From Mobula hypostoma (lineage: Eukaryota): a stretch of DNA of 64,000 nucleotides. The notes below the pieces were generated by a model that was not told the origin of the DNA, ran no database searches, and worked only from the letters and a program-made list of their open reading frames with translations. Location: assembly GCF_963921235.1 (NCBI RefSeq), contig NW_026948113.1, forward strand, positions 434,001 through 498,000, written 5' to 3'. Shown here piece after piece: positions 37,234 through 51,689 of the stretch (the stretch's first letter is position 1; each line of letters starts with the position of its first letter). A program made the translations under genes and the position numbers.

Positions 37234-40200
37234 ATCAGAGAGCAGTTCAGCAATATTTCTACACTTGTGTTTCATGGAATAGTACAGTCCTTTTGGCCCA
37301 TGATGTTGTTTTGACCAATAAAAATGTACTGCGTGATCAGTCTTAATCTTTCCTCCTAGCACTGCATCAAACCCTCTATTTTTGTTACATCCATGTGCCT
37401 ATCTAAGAGACTTCTAAATATCCCTGTTGTATCAGTATCTACCACCACCCCCAGCAGTGCATTCCAGACACCCGCCATTCACTGTCAGAGAAACTAATTT
37501 TGACATCTCCCATAAACTTCCCTCCCTTCACCTTAAACTGATGTCTCCTGGTATTGACCATTGCCACCTTGGGAAAAAGTTGCTGGAAATTCACTCTATT
37601 GATGCCTCTCATACACCATTATTAAGTCACCTCCCATTCTCCATAGAGAGTACAGGTGCCTTGCCAGAGTGTTGGTATTGATGGAATTTTACGTGATCAG
37701 AGAGCAGTTCAGACGTTTTCCGTACTGTCAAAGGTGTTGCGTTTCAGTTCAAACATTAGACCAATCCTCTTCTGCATCTCAGGTGTAGAAAATCCCACAA
37801 TATGTTTTAAAGAGCAGGAGGGCTGTCACCACATTCAGGCCAATGTTCCCCTCAGCCCACGGCTAAGAAGAGTCTGGTAATTATTTGATTGCTCTGCGTG
37901 GGATCTTGCTGTTCACAGATAGAATACCCCATTCCTACTTCACAACTTGGCTGCACCCCAGCAGGATTTATCGATGGTAAAACACTTCCTGGACATCCCA
38001 TGATAGTGAAAGGGTTAATGGCTTGGAGCTGCTGAATGCCTGAAAAAATCATCAAATGCAGAAATCACATGGATAATAAAAAAATAACTTGTAGCACTTG
38101 GTGACCTTACTTCAAGTTTCAGAACAACCTTTGAGACTGAAGCACTCACTGAACCCAGACACTCCCTGGTCCATATTCAGTGCTGGGATCACGCATATTC
38201 CCCCAATAACTCTCCCCTAGGTGCCTCACAAACACAGGGAGGTAGCACTGAATAACACAGGGATGTCATGTCTGCTTCAAGCATTCCTGCAGTGAGGTGA
38301 GTGAATATCTTTTAGTCACCTGAAGCTGGACAGGAATTTTCCCAAACCCTTGGGACTCCTCATGCCTGTAGAGGTAATCAGCTCAGTCAGGTCAGTCTCC
38401 AGTCTGCTCTTTCCCCTCCATCACAGTCTGTGTTTCAGTCAGAACAAGGCAAAGGGCCAGAGCAGCAACTCTTACAAACATCAGGTGAAGACAGACCCTT
38501 CTGCATATGGGGTTCTTTCCCCTGCATCAGGGTACCGAAACACTTTCTTCAGCCTACATAGCCTGTGCTGAGTATCCATCCCCGTACACAATAATCCCAT
38601 TTTACTCTCCTTCACACTTCTCTACTGCTCCCAGATTCCACTGCTCTCCTGCACACACCAGAGAAACTTTACAGTGACCAAGGTTTGAGATAGAGGAAGG
38701 AACTGGAACCTCTGAGCAGTCACAGGGACAATGTGAAAAAAATCAAACCGACAATTCTGGAGATCAGGATTGAGTCTGGATCACTGGAGTACTGAGGCAT
38801 CATCCTCTGACGGCATTGAGGGAGAGAGGTAGATCATTAGAATGCAAGAAACCTCCTTTGGGGGACGCAAGAAGGAGAGAGAGGTCGCCACACACATATT
38901 GATGAATCTGTTTACAATTATTTTATGATTCTCAGATATTTTCAACTCTAATCTCAAACCGAATTGCTCCATTAGCCAGAGGCTTCTGTTCATATTTTAA
39001 ACTAATGTTGGACCCTCCCAATCTCCATTAAAGAAAGAATTACTTTGGGGTCTCCAGTGTCCACAGCATTCCCACTTCCAGTGAGGTACTTCCAATCACC
39101 CAGCAAAGCTTTCTCTGCTCTGTCCCATGAACTTTCCTTGGCCGCAGCCCTTCACTGCAATGGTCCGATATATGATATTGATGTTTCAGCTAAAGTTGAG
39201 GAGAGCAACTCACCTCAGGTAAGACCTTGTGGATGAGATGCTCAGATTTCAACACACCACAACACTGAAACCTGAATTCTGAGTGAGATGTAAGAGAAAG
39301 TTAAAACTGGTAAAAAGGTGCATTGCAAAGCAGCAGAAGATTAAGCTATTCAACTTCCACACTGATACAACACTAAGTTTACTGAAATACGTGGCCATTC
39401 ATAACCAAACCAGGCTGAGGCTCCACTCTGTGTTCAGAGCTGTGCTTGAGTTCGGGCCAAACACTTATCTACAAAGGAAAAATGAGAAGAGATTGGTTGT
39501 CCAGTACTGTGACAGAAAATAGGATTAGAGAATGGATCTGTGTTTACCCACCTGTAGTAATGCCTTAGCTATCTCTAAGCTGCTCCTCTACATCACTCCA
39601 ATAATTATTGCAAACATAGCTATGAACCGCAGTATGGGACCTGCTCCATGGGGCTCACCGAGTCCTGCCCAACAAGTAAAGTTGGCAAATGTTACGTGAA
39701 CTACAAAGATGATATAGCACAAGAGAGGGTGTAGGGGAGAACTGCAAAGTCTGGGTACTTTTGTTTTTGAGGACAATTGAGCAGTTGCAGTTGCTTCTTA
39801 GGAGCAGAGGATATTAAAGGGAGATATGAAAAGCTGTAAGGGTCCAGGATGCAGTAGACAGGAAATCTATTAACAAAATAGTCTAAAGTAAAAGGCTGAG
39901 ATCAAAAATAATCGGCGGGGTTGGAGGGGAAATAAAACCTTAAGAAGGAATATCTGGGAATCATGACAAAATTGGAAAGATTGCCCTATGGTCCTCATTG
40001 ATGTGATTAAACTGGAAAATGATTATGGGGAAATAGACCATTAGTGGAAGTAGTTTAAAGGCCAGGTTAGAAGATCAGGGTAGTAAATCGGTTCATGAGG
40101 TGTTTTGATTGCTGTCCCTTCTCAGTCATGGTAGCGCCAGCCTGAGGAATAACAAGGACAGTCTGTTTCCCAGTGCACTGTTCTGTGTTTCTTTGGATCG

Positions 40201-43129
40201 GGATTTTCCTTTTAACATCTAAGTTCCTGCTGTTTGTCCAAACACAAGACTCTCGCTGCTAAATTCCAGGCCTTCCAAAACAGTCTAAACTCTATTCCTC
40301 CACAGGTTTCACAGCCCCATGCCCATCCAATCACACTTGTCTATCACTTGCTCTGAATTCCTCATGCACAGTAAGAACTATTCTTCTTCCTCATCTGTTC
40401 TGTGGAATAGGCAGAATCTGTGTAACATTACTCAGCTGGAGTTGGAGTGGGGTGCAGTGGGTAGTTCACAGCAAATGTAACTCTGAGTCTCAGACAACAG
40501 ATCCCTACCTGGGGGGACAGAAGAGACTGCAGATGTTGCAAACTGGAGCCACACCCAAACTCCTTGGGGAGCTCATAGTGTTAAGCAGCATCTGTGGAAG
40601 GAAATGGAGATTAAACATTTTGGATCAAATCCAGATGAAGGATTTTGACTTGATATGTCAACTGTCCGTTTCCTTCCACACCCCTATCTCTGGAGTCTTT
40701 GATGTTGCACAAAATTAGGTGCAGAACCATGTCCTGAATGTCCTCACCCAGAGGCCTCGACTACTCTGTGCTGCAAGAAAATATATGTGAAGACGGTACA
40801 ATATGAAATTTCCTTTTTTTTTGTGGGGGTGGGGCGGGAACCTTGATTTTATTTCTTCCTTGAGGAAGAGAAAGCAGTTCCCTGGCACATCCAGAAATTC
40901 ACTGTGTTGTGCTCACCCTCTCCCTCTAGAACAACAGCACTACCTTCCACCACTAACAGGAGCCCAAAGACCATGATGTTTTCCATCCCCAGTGAGGAAC
41001 CAAAGCAATATCCCAATGTTGACACAGAGAGCTCTGTAATAAGTTTCCCAGCTGCTTGTCACTTCCGTGGGCTGAAAGAGACCATGTATCACAAGTATGT
41101 GGTGTGTATGAGGATGCAGCCTGTCTTTACCTGTTTGAAGGGGCTGTTCCCTACCCTCCTCATTTAATGTGGTACTTGTAGTACTGTATATAATGAACAT
41201 ACTTTTCTAATTTTGAGAAATGCAGTAGTGTTCCTCTGAATTACACCCTGCCAATGCATTGCAACTGACTGCTGATGGAGTGCCATTTCTTCATTGCATT
41301 CCTCAGAGATAACAAAGCACCTCTCCCCGATGACAGATGATGTCTGCTCCACTGACTGTGCAATGCTCCTCCTTCAGTACCCCACAACTTCTACCTGCCC
41401 CTCCACAGTGCGTGGCCCCACTGACAGTGTAGTACTCTCCGCGTATCTGAGGATATCACACTACCACCCTCCCTTTGACCACACCACAGTCTCAGATTAG
41501 ACCTTCCTCTGCACTCAATGATTACATTACTTGGGTTGAAAACCAATTCTGACCACCTGTTCTTGCCTTTTCTTCCTCATCCGTCATATTCTTCCTTCTC
41601 TACTTAATATATGAGGAGTGCTTGATCTCTATTGACTTGTACTGAATGAAATTCAGAAGGATGGGTGGTGGGGGGGTGTCAAGGCGGATCGACCCGATGC
41701 AAGAACACAGTTACCATAAACACAATAACACAAGCAATATTTTCTCAAACTTTACTCTTTATTCATCGCATGCTATGGGGGAAGTTACATACTGATCTCC
41801 CAAAGAGCCAGTCCAGACACAACCCTCCCCCAAATCACAATTCTTCACAATTTATAATACTAATCATTACATACACAGGAAATCTTACAATTACACGAGT
41901 TAAGACAGTTTTAGAATAGTTTCGATCACATGTTAATATAGTATTAGATGTAAAATCATCATTGGTTAGTTATAATTATTTTCTGCCACAGCTAGCCTGG
42001 GTACAACATTAGTTCCTTATATTGACACCTTCCCCTTTCTCTCGAACATTCTATCCCCTGCGCTAACCTTCCCATATTTAGTTATGCCTTGAGATGTCCC
42101 TTCTGTATGGCGAGAGAGAGGACAATGTCAAATGCGTTAACTGTTGCTGGGTCGAGTTTCTTTCTGACTTGCCCAACAACAGTAAGCTAAGGTCCTCATA
42201 AAGTGATTGATCATTAGCTAATCATTGTTCTTAGTCTATACTCATATTTACCTGTCCGTCCACTCTGTCAGGGGGATCTCATTGAAATCTGCTCGATACT
42301 GAAAGGTCTGGATTGAGTGAACATGGGGAGGGTATTTTTATCAGCAGGAGAGTCTAGGATCTGAAGGCACACCAGAATAAAGGGACGACTTTTTAATACT
42401 GGAATGAGGAGGAATTTATTCAGCCTGAATCTGTGGAATTTGTTCCCATTGAGGGCTGTGAAAGCCAAGTTGTTTGGGTACTTAAGGCAGAGATTGATAG
42501 GTCCTCGATTGGTAAAGGGGTGAAGGGTTTTGGGTAGAAGAATGGTGAATGGAGTTCAGAAAATAATCAGCCATAATTTAATGATGGAGCAGACCAGAAA
42601 GGCAAACTAGACTAATTCTGTTCCTATATCTATGGTCTTATATCCTCTCTATTCATCTCCACTCACTCAATATTCTCTATTTTTTCACTCTTTGCCCGAG
42701 CCTTCCCCCTCTAATTTTCTTTACCACTGGAGATCAAAGCACAGAAGATCTATCAAGCTTTTTAACCAATTGTCAGTGTGAGATTCAAGGATCAGTAGCT
42801 TTGTCCGTACTACACTTTATCTTTCTAACCCTAACTTTTCTCTCCCATTTCAGCTCTACTGAAACTAAACATCTTTTCTTTCTCCACAGCTACTGAGCGA
42901 TCTCAAATATTTCCAGCAGAGGTACCAAGCCTGAGAAGATGTAGCTCTCTTAACTTTGCCAATTCAGTATAGCAGGCATTGACACGCGGCAGTTTGGTGT
43001 TTTGAGCAATGGAATAACAGAGATCCGAAGCGTGAGAAGACGTAGCTCACTCAGGTTTGCTGACTGAGTATATAAGGCATTAACACGTGGCAGTTTGGTG
43101 TTTTAAGCAATGGCCAATCAGCGATCAGC

Positions 43130-43900
43130 ATTGATTGGCAAGAACAAATTAAATGAAGGCAGGGACAAGTGGAGTAGCCATCATTTGAGTGGATAGTCAG
43201 AGTGGGGATTTTGAGGTTTTAGCTTCGAAGCTTCAGTGAGGGAAAGTGAAAAGCTGTAGGTAGATATTTTCCCAACAGTTTATTGTTCTTCCCTTCTTTT
43301 TATTTAAAACAGTAGGGATGACAGGCAGGATAGTGGAATGCTCCTCTTGCGGGATGTGGGAAGGCAGGGTAACCTCCAGTATCCCTAATGAGAAGTGCAT
43401 CCAGCTGCAGCTTTTAACGATCCACGTTAACGAATTGGGGCTGGAACTAGATGAACTCCAGATCAATCAGGAAGCTGAGAGGGTGATAGATAGAAAATAT
43501 AGAGAGGTAGTTGTACCAAAGGCACAGGACACAGGAAATTGGATGACAGTCAGGAAGGGAATGGGATTAAACAGCCAGTGCAGAGTACCCCTGTGGCCAT
43601 CTCTCTCAACAACAGGAATATCAATTTGGATATTTCGGGGGTGGGGGTGGTGGTGCAATGACCAGGTAGAGGAAAGTCACAGTGGTCAGGTCTCTGGCAC
43701 TTAGACTGGCTCTGTGATTCATAAGAGAATGGGGAAAAAGAGGTGAGCAGTGGTGATAGTCGATTTGTTAGTGAGAGAAATAGAAAGGAGTTCAAGGAGT
43801 TAGGTGCTAAATTAAAGGGCAGGACCTCCAAATTTGTGATCTCAGGATTGCTACGTACCACGTGCCAGTGAGGCTAGAAGTAGGAAGCTCTCAATTTTTA
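43130..43900 (+). mobile_element. CR1 5' region / ORF1 remnant
   Basis: 'VECSSCGMWE...KCIQLQLL...ELGLELDEL' is typical of CR1 ORF1, followed by an esterase-like 'VVIVD..VR' remnant. Confidence 0.7.
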
Positions 43901-44164
43901 CTGTTGTTAAAATCCTTTGATTGACAAGAGCTCAACCCATCAGCGACTTCCGAATCGTTCCGCGCCATTCATTCACTCTTTTTTGACCGATTTTGGATTA
44001 GATTAGATTAGATTATGAGGACACGCAGTCCCCTTTTATTGTCATTTAGTAATGCATGCATTAAGAAATGATACAATATTTCTCCGGTGTGATATCACAG
44101 AAACACAGGACAGAACAAGACTGAAAAACTGAAAAAACCCACATAATTATAACATATAGTTACA

Positions 44165-46140
44165 CTGATGATTTACTGGGTTATATATCCAATCCCGAGG
44201 AATCTATTCCTGCCTTGCTAAACTTATTTAATGAATTTGGAGATTTTTCAGGATAGGAAATAAATTTCAGTAAAAGTGAACTGTTTCCTTTAAATGAATC
44301 TGTTTCTATATCTGATGATACTCCTTTCAAAGTCAGATTCCTTTAGATAGTTAGGTGATATAATCACTGAAAAATATAAGGATCTTTGTAAAGCTAATTT
44401 TGTTCCCTTGGTAGATTCGATGAAGTATTTATTTAGCAGATGGAATCCACTTACATTTTCACTTGCTGGTCGCATCCATATAGTCAAAATAATGATTTTA
44501 CCAAAATTTTAAATTTATTTCAGAATATCCCTGTTTTTCTGACTAAGAAGTTTTTTGATCGGATTGATTCTATTACTATATCTTTTATTTGGAATAATGA
44601 AAGACCAAGAGTTAGTGAATGTCACTTACGAAATTTGAAACAGGATGGAGGTCTTGCTTTGCCTAATTTAAGAATGTATTACTGGGCTGTTAATGTGCGA
44701 TATATGTCCTTTTGGTTACACTGGGTTGATAAGAACGATCGGCCAATTTGGGTAGACTTGGAATTGAAAGCTATGAAACAGTTTTATTTAACCTTGTTAT
44801 TGGGAGCTGCTTTACCTATACAATTAGCTAAAGTTGCTAATTTAAATGTATACCCTGTGATTAAGCACTCTTTACAAACTTGGCTCCAGTTCCATATTTT
44901 TTAAAAATTTTAAACAATTTAAACTTTGTAGTTTAATTTATCGTAATTATTTTTTTAAGCCTTCTTTGAGTGACCCATTTTTTTAGTTTAGAAAAATAAA
45001 GGTATTCATTCTTTCTTGGATTTATTTAAAGCAGATAGACTGATGTCTTTTGAATGGTTAGTTGATAAATATTCTCTTTCATACTCACACTTTTTACAAT
45101 ACCTTCAAGTTAGACATTTCTTACAAAAGTATTTAAGTAATTTTCCATATATATTGGATGCCGACTTGTTAGATACTATTAGGAGTATGAACCCTTTGAT
45201 GAAGGGTTCCATTGGAAGAATTTATAATTTACCATTACAATGGGATAAGCGTCCTTTATTTAAGATTAAAGAAGATTGGGAAAAGGAAATTAATTTGACT
45301 TTTATGACAGAGGTCTGGACGCGGGTTCTGAAGTTGGTTAACTCTTCTTTGATCTGTGCTAGTCATTCACTGATTCAATTTAAAATTGTACATCGTTACT
45401 ATTTGATGAATGAGAGATTGTGTGAAATGTTTCCTAATGTTGATAGTCATTGTGATAGATGTAAAACTGAGACAGCTACACTGACACACATGTTTTGGTC
45501 TTGTTCCATACTGGAACAGTTCTGGAAGTCAGTTTTTTCTACAATTTCTAAAGCACTTAAACTTAATTTACAACCTAACAAATTAACTGTGCTTTTTGGA
45601 ATATTTCCTCAAAATATCAGTGACCAAACATGTCTGACCAAACATGTTATTGCATTTGGTACATTGGTAGCTAGGAGGGTCATTTTTTTGAAGTGGAAGG
45701 ATACGTTGGCTCCCATTTTGTCACAATGGTTCTCTCAAGTGATGCTATGTCTTGGTTTGGAGAAAATGATAAGTCAAACCTTTGAACCTATGTTTGATCT
45801 TGAGAAAAGATGGAGTTCATTTCCTCGTTACTATCATTTGAGTTAATTGATAGATTTCCTCTACGATCTAATTGTAAATTTTTGGTACATTATTTTTTCT
45901 TGCTGGTGGTTTGATGTTTATCTTTTGAAGCTTTTTGTATGACACATGGCTCTAGGGTTGAACACCTAATGGTGTTCTTTTTCTCACTTTTCTTTGCTTT
46001 AGTAGGGTTTATTTTTTCCTCTTTTTCTTGTCACCAGAATTTTTTCAATCTTTAAAACAATTTTTTTTCTCTTGAGACATTATAAGTGTTGCCTACTTCG
46101 ATGTACTCTTGTTAATTTTGGATAATAATGATAAAAAGAC
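44165..46140 (+). mobile_element. 5'-truncated L1/Tx1 LINE, same clade as 21092-30572 but diverged
   Basis: ORFs 44440..44904 and 45016..45846 align by eye with the first copy, e.g. 'SLIQFKIVHRYY...CDRCK...LTHMFWSC'. Confidence 0.88.
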
Positions 46141-47829
46141 TTGAAAAGGAAGAAAGAAAGATTATACAGTTGCGGCTAAGGATTTGGTGTAGGAGGCAGG
46201 GCATCAGATTGATGGATCATTGGGCTTTCGTCTGTTATTCTTTCCTTAAGGCACTACCAGTGGAAGGGTGCAGCTGGTAGCCCTGCAGCTTAACTGTAGA
46301 CACAGGTTCAGTTCTGATTTTGGGTGATATCTGTGTGCAGTTTGCATGTTTCTCCTGTGACTCCATGGGTATCTGCTGGGTGCTCATCCCTCATCCCAAA
46401 GACATGGCAGATCAGGAGGTAAATTAGCTGCTGCAGGTTGTTATTTTACTCACTCCAGATTCTTATCATCTTCTCCCTCAACTCCAGATTCTACCCCTGA
46501 CTCACACACTAGGGGCAAGTTACAGTTGCTAGTTAATGCACCACCTATGCATCATTGGGGTGGGGGAGAAAACCTGGACAACCAGGAGTTACAGAAAAAA
46601 CATGCAAGTCTGAATTCTCTGCAGCAGGTACCTCATGAGACCCTTCCACTTCCTGTCTCCTCATTGTGTCTCTATTGAAAACTCTGTGACCCCGTAGCTT
46701 ACAGCCTGTTACACTGCTTGCATTTAGTGCAGCAATGAAGGTCCTCCATCACTGGTGGTATTCAAGGCTCCCTTCATCGTGACAGCAGCTTCTACTCAGT
46801 TTTCACTACTGTCAGTCATTGAAGTCCTGGGTGGACCACTACACTCAGATGCAGAAGGATTCTTAATTGCTCTTTCCATAACAAGTTTGTGTTACCAGTC
46901 AGGTGTATTAACCCAGAGCTGAACCCTGAACCTGGAGGACTGGTGGACAATGCTTAGTCTGTCCTCTACCCTTTGACCTGTTCGGCATGGATGACCCTAC
47001 CAAGAACAAAAACATAAAGCCCTGACTCCAGCCAACAGTCCTCCAGATGAATGAGGCACACAAGCCTCCAAACTACGACCGCCTGTATCTATGGCTCAGT
47101 GGTGTTATGGGTGTAAGTGTGAAGGGATGCATTGGAAAAGAAGAACAGTTTCATTAAAGAAATTTGACTTTGGGAAAGGGACTCGTTGGTAACTGGTGGA
47201 CTGAGGAAGGGTGTGAGATGACGGACAGGTAGGGTAGGTGAGCGGAATTGGAGTTGGGAGACAGTGGCAGGTAAATGATAGCTGAAGGAAGACAAAGAGG
47301 GAGGAAAGAGGAAAGAAAAACAGATGGAGAAGGACAATGTGAGGACAGGAGAAATCTGGTGAAGGGAAGTGAGAAGGGTGATATATGAGTAAAGGAGGGG
47401 CGGGGATGAAGGTGAGTGGGAAGCTAGGGGTGGGTGTGGGAAAGGGGACAAAAGTGGGAGGACTGTAAGGTCAGAAGAAGAGGGAGAAAAAAGGGATATG
47501 TGGAGAGGGGTTAAAGTGGGTGGAAGGTGTGTTAAACTAAAATTGAACAACTGAATATTCAAGCCATTGAGTCATAGACAATCCAGGCTGTCTATAAGAT
47601 GTTGCTCCTCCAGTTTGCATTGTGCTTCATCCTGGCAGTGGAGAAGGTCTGTGGGCTTTACAGGAACTAATTTGTAGAGAGATCGCACGCTGTTGCAAGA
47701 AACATGAGGTTGTGATAGTATGTGAAATTGACTCTTCACATATTGACTGGGACTCCCATACTGTAAAAGGATTGGATGGAATAGAGTTTGTCAAATGTGT
47801 TCAGGAAAGTTTCCTTGGACACACAGGAA

Positions 47830-48640
47830 ATCTACATCGAGCAGAGGTCCAGCCACTTTAGCCAGGACAAAGTCCCATGTGTAATGTCACCCACTGAAGC
47901 AGAGCGACACCTGTCGTGTCCTTTAAGTCTGGATCTTGCTGCCGTTGTCAGCCTCCAGAAAGATCTCATAGCTCTTTGCCTTCTCCTCAATAGGCTATGC
48001 TGGCAGCACACACACTTGAGCACGTGTCACACAGGAAGCGTCACCTTGATTAGATGTCCATAATGAATAGCAGACAACCCTGGCAGTTGAAGCTCAAGGT
48101 GTTCACAGATCTCTGATGTCCCAATGTGCTGGAACTGTCAAAGCAGAAAATGGCTGGCACTTCTTCATGTTTGTAATAAAGTGAGCATGATAAAACCACA
48201 GACCCAGCATTGTTTGTTTCACAGCCACTGGCATCCTCTTGTTGGGGGCTTTTCTGACTGGGCTTATTGAGGTAGAGAAAGGAGGAGGAATGATGTACCG
48301 CTGCCTAGCTGAGTGTAGACTATCAGCCTTTTGAGCAAACTTGCTATAGTACTTCACGGGTGCATTAGTGAGGGCTATGCAAACTTGATCAGGCATTAAT
48401 TGCATGAAGAGTTTTTAAAAAATAAAACAATGATGCTGATTTCCCAGGAGATACAGAATGTGGTCCATTATCTCCAAAGGCCTAGCATCACCATGACTGG
48501 ATAAGAAGAATAACTGTTTGGCACACACAGACTCCAATATTCCAAAATTGTGTAAAAGGGTAGTTTTCAGCAATTGATAGTTATTGTGTTCAGGTGGGTG
48601 TTCAAGCAGACTCACCACTCTTGTAGCCATAGAAATGCTG
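47830..48640 (-). mobile_element. Gypsy LTR retrotransposon gag-protease remnant
   Basis: 'SLLEHPPEHNNYQLLK...GDARPLEIMDHIL.LLG', 'QLMPDQV.IAL.NA', and protease-like 'RFLCDT.AQV.VLP'. Confidence 0.75.
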
Positions 48641-49699
48641 AGCTATGCGACCATGTGGTAAAATTTGGTGTCATTGGTGGTGATTTCTTGCAGAGCGAAC
48701 TGGGCCTCAGCTTGTATGAAAAAAGTGACGGCACTTTGCTTGCAAAACTTTGGCAGTTTCAAAGCGATTGTGTTGCCCGACGTGTTCAATAATTCTGGAA
48801 TCGTCTGAGAGCCTGTAACACATTTATAACTCTAAAACACACTAAAAATCTCTATGTAACGTCATCATGTCAAACCAGCCTCTTAAAGCGAAACCCCAAC
48901 TCAATGTCAATGGTTGTGAATTATGTCCATTTTTCGCAATTACATTACCCTACAATAGTTCCCTGACAGTGGCGCATAGATCTATAGAGTGATGAAGAAG
49001 GCATATAGCAGGGTTACCTTCATGGGTCTTGGCACAGAATATAAAAGTTGGTATAATATGTTGCAACTTTCCAAGATTGGTTAGGCCACTATTGGTGAAT
49101 ACCAGATTATGGAATGTGCTGGCAATGGAGAGAGTCTGGAGTAAATTCAGGGTTTGTCTGGATCCACAACCAACCCTCATCTCATTATTACCATCAGGAT
49201 GATATTGAGAAGTCTGAAAACCCACCGTAAGCAATTCAGAAACAGTTTCTCCATTATCCAGTTTCTAAACGGTCTGCAAACAGTATGTCGTTATTCCTCT
49301 CCTCACTACTTACTTTGTGTTTCTGCACTGTCACTCTGCAACAAAGCAAAAGTGAAGCAGGGAATTCATCATTCACCCTCTGGTGTTCCAGACTCCATCC
49401 TTGGCACCAGCCCCACGCATTGTCCACAGTCAGGACCCCAAACTCTGGCTGTACACATTCCTATAGACAGCTGTGGAGGTTAAATAACTTGGGTATATTT
49501 AAAGCAGAGCTGATAAAGTCCTTGATGAGAAAGTACATTAAGGTTATAGGGAGAAGGCAGAATGGACTTGAGGGGGAAAAATAATTCAACCATAATTGAA
49601 TGACAATCTCGATGGGCTGAAAGGACGGATCCCACGCTTATGCCTTGCTCTCACACCCCATTCATACTCTGGACATCCAGCTCACTTCCCGGGATAATG

Positions 49700-50370
49700 A
49701 GTCAGCTAGACAGCAAACTGTCAAAATTCTGGGATTTTGAATGTTTACGAACATCAAAATCATTGGCCTATGTACAACTTAAGCTCGCAAACCAGGGCAG
49801 GGTCTGTCTCAAGACTGTCCCATCAGTAAGCTTGAAGACAGTCTCCTGTGGAATCTCTAGCTGCAAGAGACACCATGGTCTGGGGTAGTGTCTAGTGCTC
49901 ACAGTGCAGAACAGATCTAGATCTTTGTACACGGGTAAGCATGCGAGGACTCTACAGAGAGTGATTTGACTCCACAGACAGTAGGTCAAACTACACAGGG
50001 TTGTAATGAATAGTGGGGTATTAGCAAGGAGTTTTAGGAAAGAAGTTTGGGATCTGGCTACTTGAGGGACAGGGGTCAGTAGCTTGCCGCAGATACAGAA
50101 GTGATAACCCTTCAGGTTTTGAGGGGTTGGGATGGTCAAACGAAGGAAGATGGAGATCGAAAGGGTGATGCATGTAATGACAAAGTGGGGAGAGTGTTTC
50201 CCTAGAGGAGTAGAACACAGAGGAGAAAGGCTTGAAAGATGGATATATACACACAAAAAGCTGGAGGAACTCAGCTTGACAGCAGGACCTATGGAAGGAA
50301 ATAAACAGTCAAAGTTTTGGGCCAAGACTCTTCATCATGATGGGTCTGTAGGAGGCTCACAAGGTAAGAA
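49700..50370 (-). mobile_element. Decayed PLE reverse transcriptase fragment
   Basis: PLE-like terminal motif near 50320-50345 and RT-like remnants. Heavily degenerate. Confidence 0.45.
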
Positions 50371-51689
50371 ACGAGTGGTCACTTTTTTACGAAACCAGTA
50401 AGCGAAGGAACAGGCAGTCAAATAGTTCTTTGTGAATCACAGAGTAACATGACATTAGCAAACCACAGCTCTGGTTGTAAATGGTCAGTGCAGAAAAACA
50501 GCCCTGCAACAGATTCAAAGTCCATTTATGATCAAAGCATAAGTATACGTCCCTAAGATTCGTCTTCTCCACAGACAGCCATGAAACAAAGAAAACCAAG
50601 GAACCTACTCAAAGAAAAACATCAACCCCTCCCTCCATGCAGAAACAGAAAAATGAGCAAAAACACAGCATATAAAACATAACATTGAAAGAGTTCAGGC
50701 ATATTCAGTTCAACTCAATTCGATATCTGCCGTCCACCCGATCAAAAACACCAAAAATAGCAAACAACGAGGAGCAACTAGAAACAAGAAATGCATCATA
50801 ATATGAACCATATTACAAGGAAGGCAGAAGTAGAAGTGATAAGACTAGAATATGCAAGGAAAGTGAAGTGAAAGAGAATGAGATCAGTTTCATACAGGGT
50901 GAAAGTGCTGTTGGCTGGGAAGTATCAGCTCAGCACCCTATGGTCAGGGGAGCCGTGCTAAAGGATTGTTGTACCTTGGGAAGCTGCTCAGTCAGCAGAG
51001 AAGTTTTCTTTAAAAAATAAATGGTTCATTTAATATCACAGAATATAGTATACAGTATACAACCTGAAATTCTTACTCTTCACCAACATCCATGAAACAA
51101 GAAAACCCAAAAGAATGAATAACACAAAAATGCTAGAAACCCAAAGGCCCCCCACGCACATGCAGCAACAAAGCATCAGCCCTCCCCCCTCCCCCTTGCC
51201 CCACTTGTTTCAGCAGGAAACATCAATGCCCACTACCTGCCAAGCAAGCAATAACAAACCCCCAAAGTGAGACCATGATCTGCAGTCCAACAAGAACCAT
51301 TGTTCACCCAACAATTCAACATGGCGCAGACTCTCTCTTTCTCACTAACAAAGGAGAGAGAGATGGCACCCTTTCCACAGGGAGAGGGGAGTCCAACAAA
51401 CAGCTCGCTGTTACGACGTTGCAATCTGCAGCATTGCTTTTATTCCAAGTTTCTCCGAGAGAGAGAGAATGAAGAGGACTCTGACAGCTGCACCTGCTGT
51501 CACGATGTTCTGTCAGTTGTTCTCCTGCGATGCCTCAGTTGCTGACACCAGCAAGGACTCGAGGCCACAGGGGCTCCTTGAAGCCACACCCCGAAGCTGC
51601 AAGTCTTTCAAGCCTCTCCTGGAGGTGTCGAAAATGGCCGATTGGTGAGCTCAGAAGCGAGATCCCACCGCCATAAAGAACCACCATTT

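Noticed and set aside
39190-39280. 'FRFQCCGV' tetraspanin-like CCG motif on the minus strand
   Set aside because: An isolated short match with no other tetraspanin features and an implausibly short next intron.
41677-42181. TG...CA bounded LTR-like segment
   Set aside because: No TSD found, so it could not be supported.
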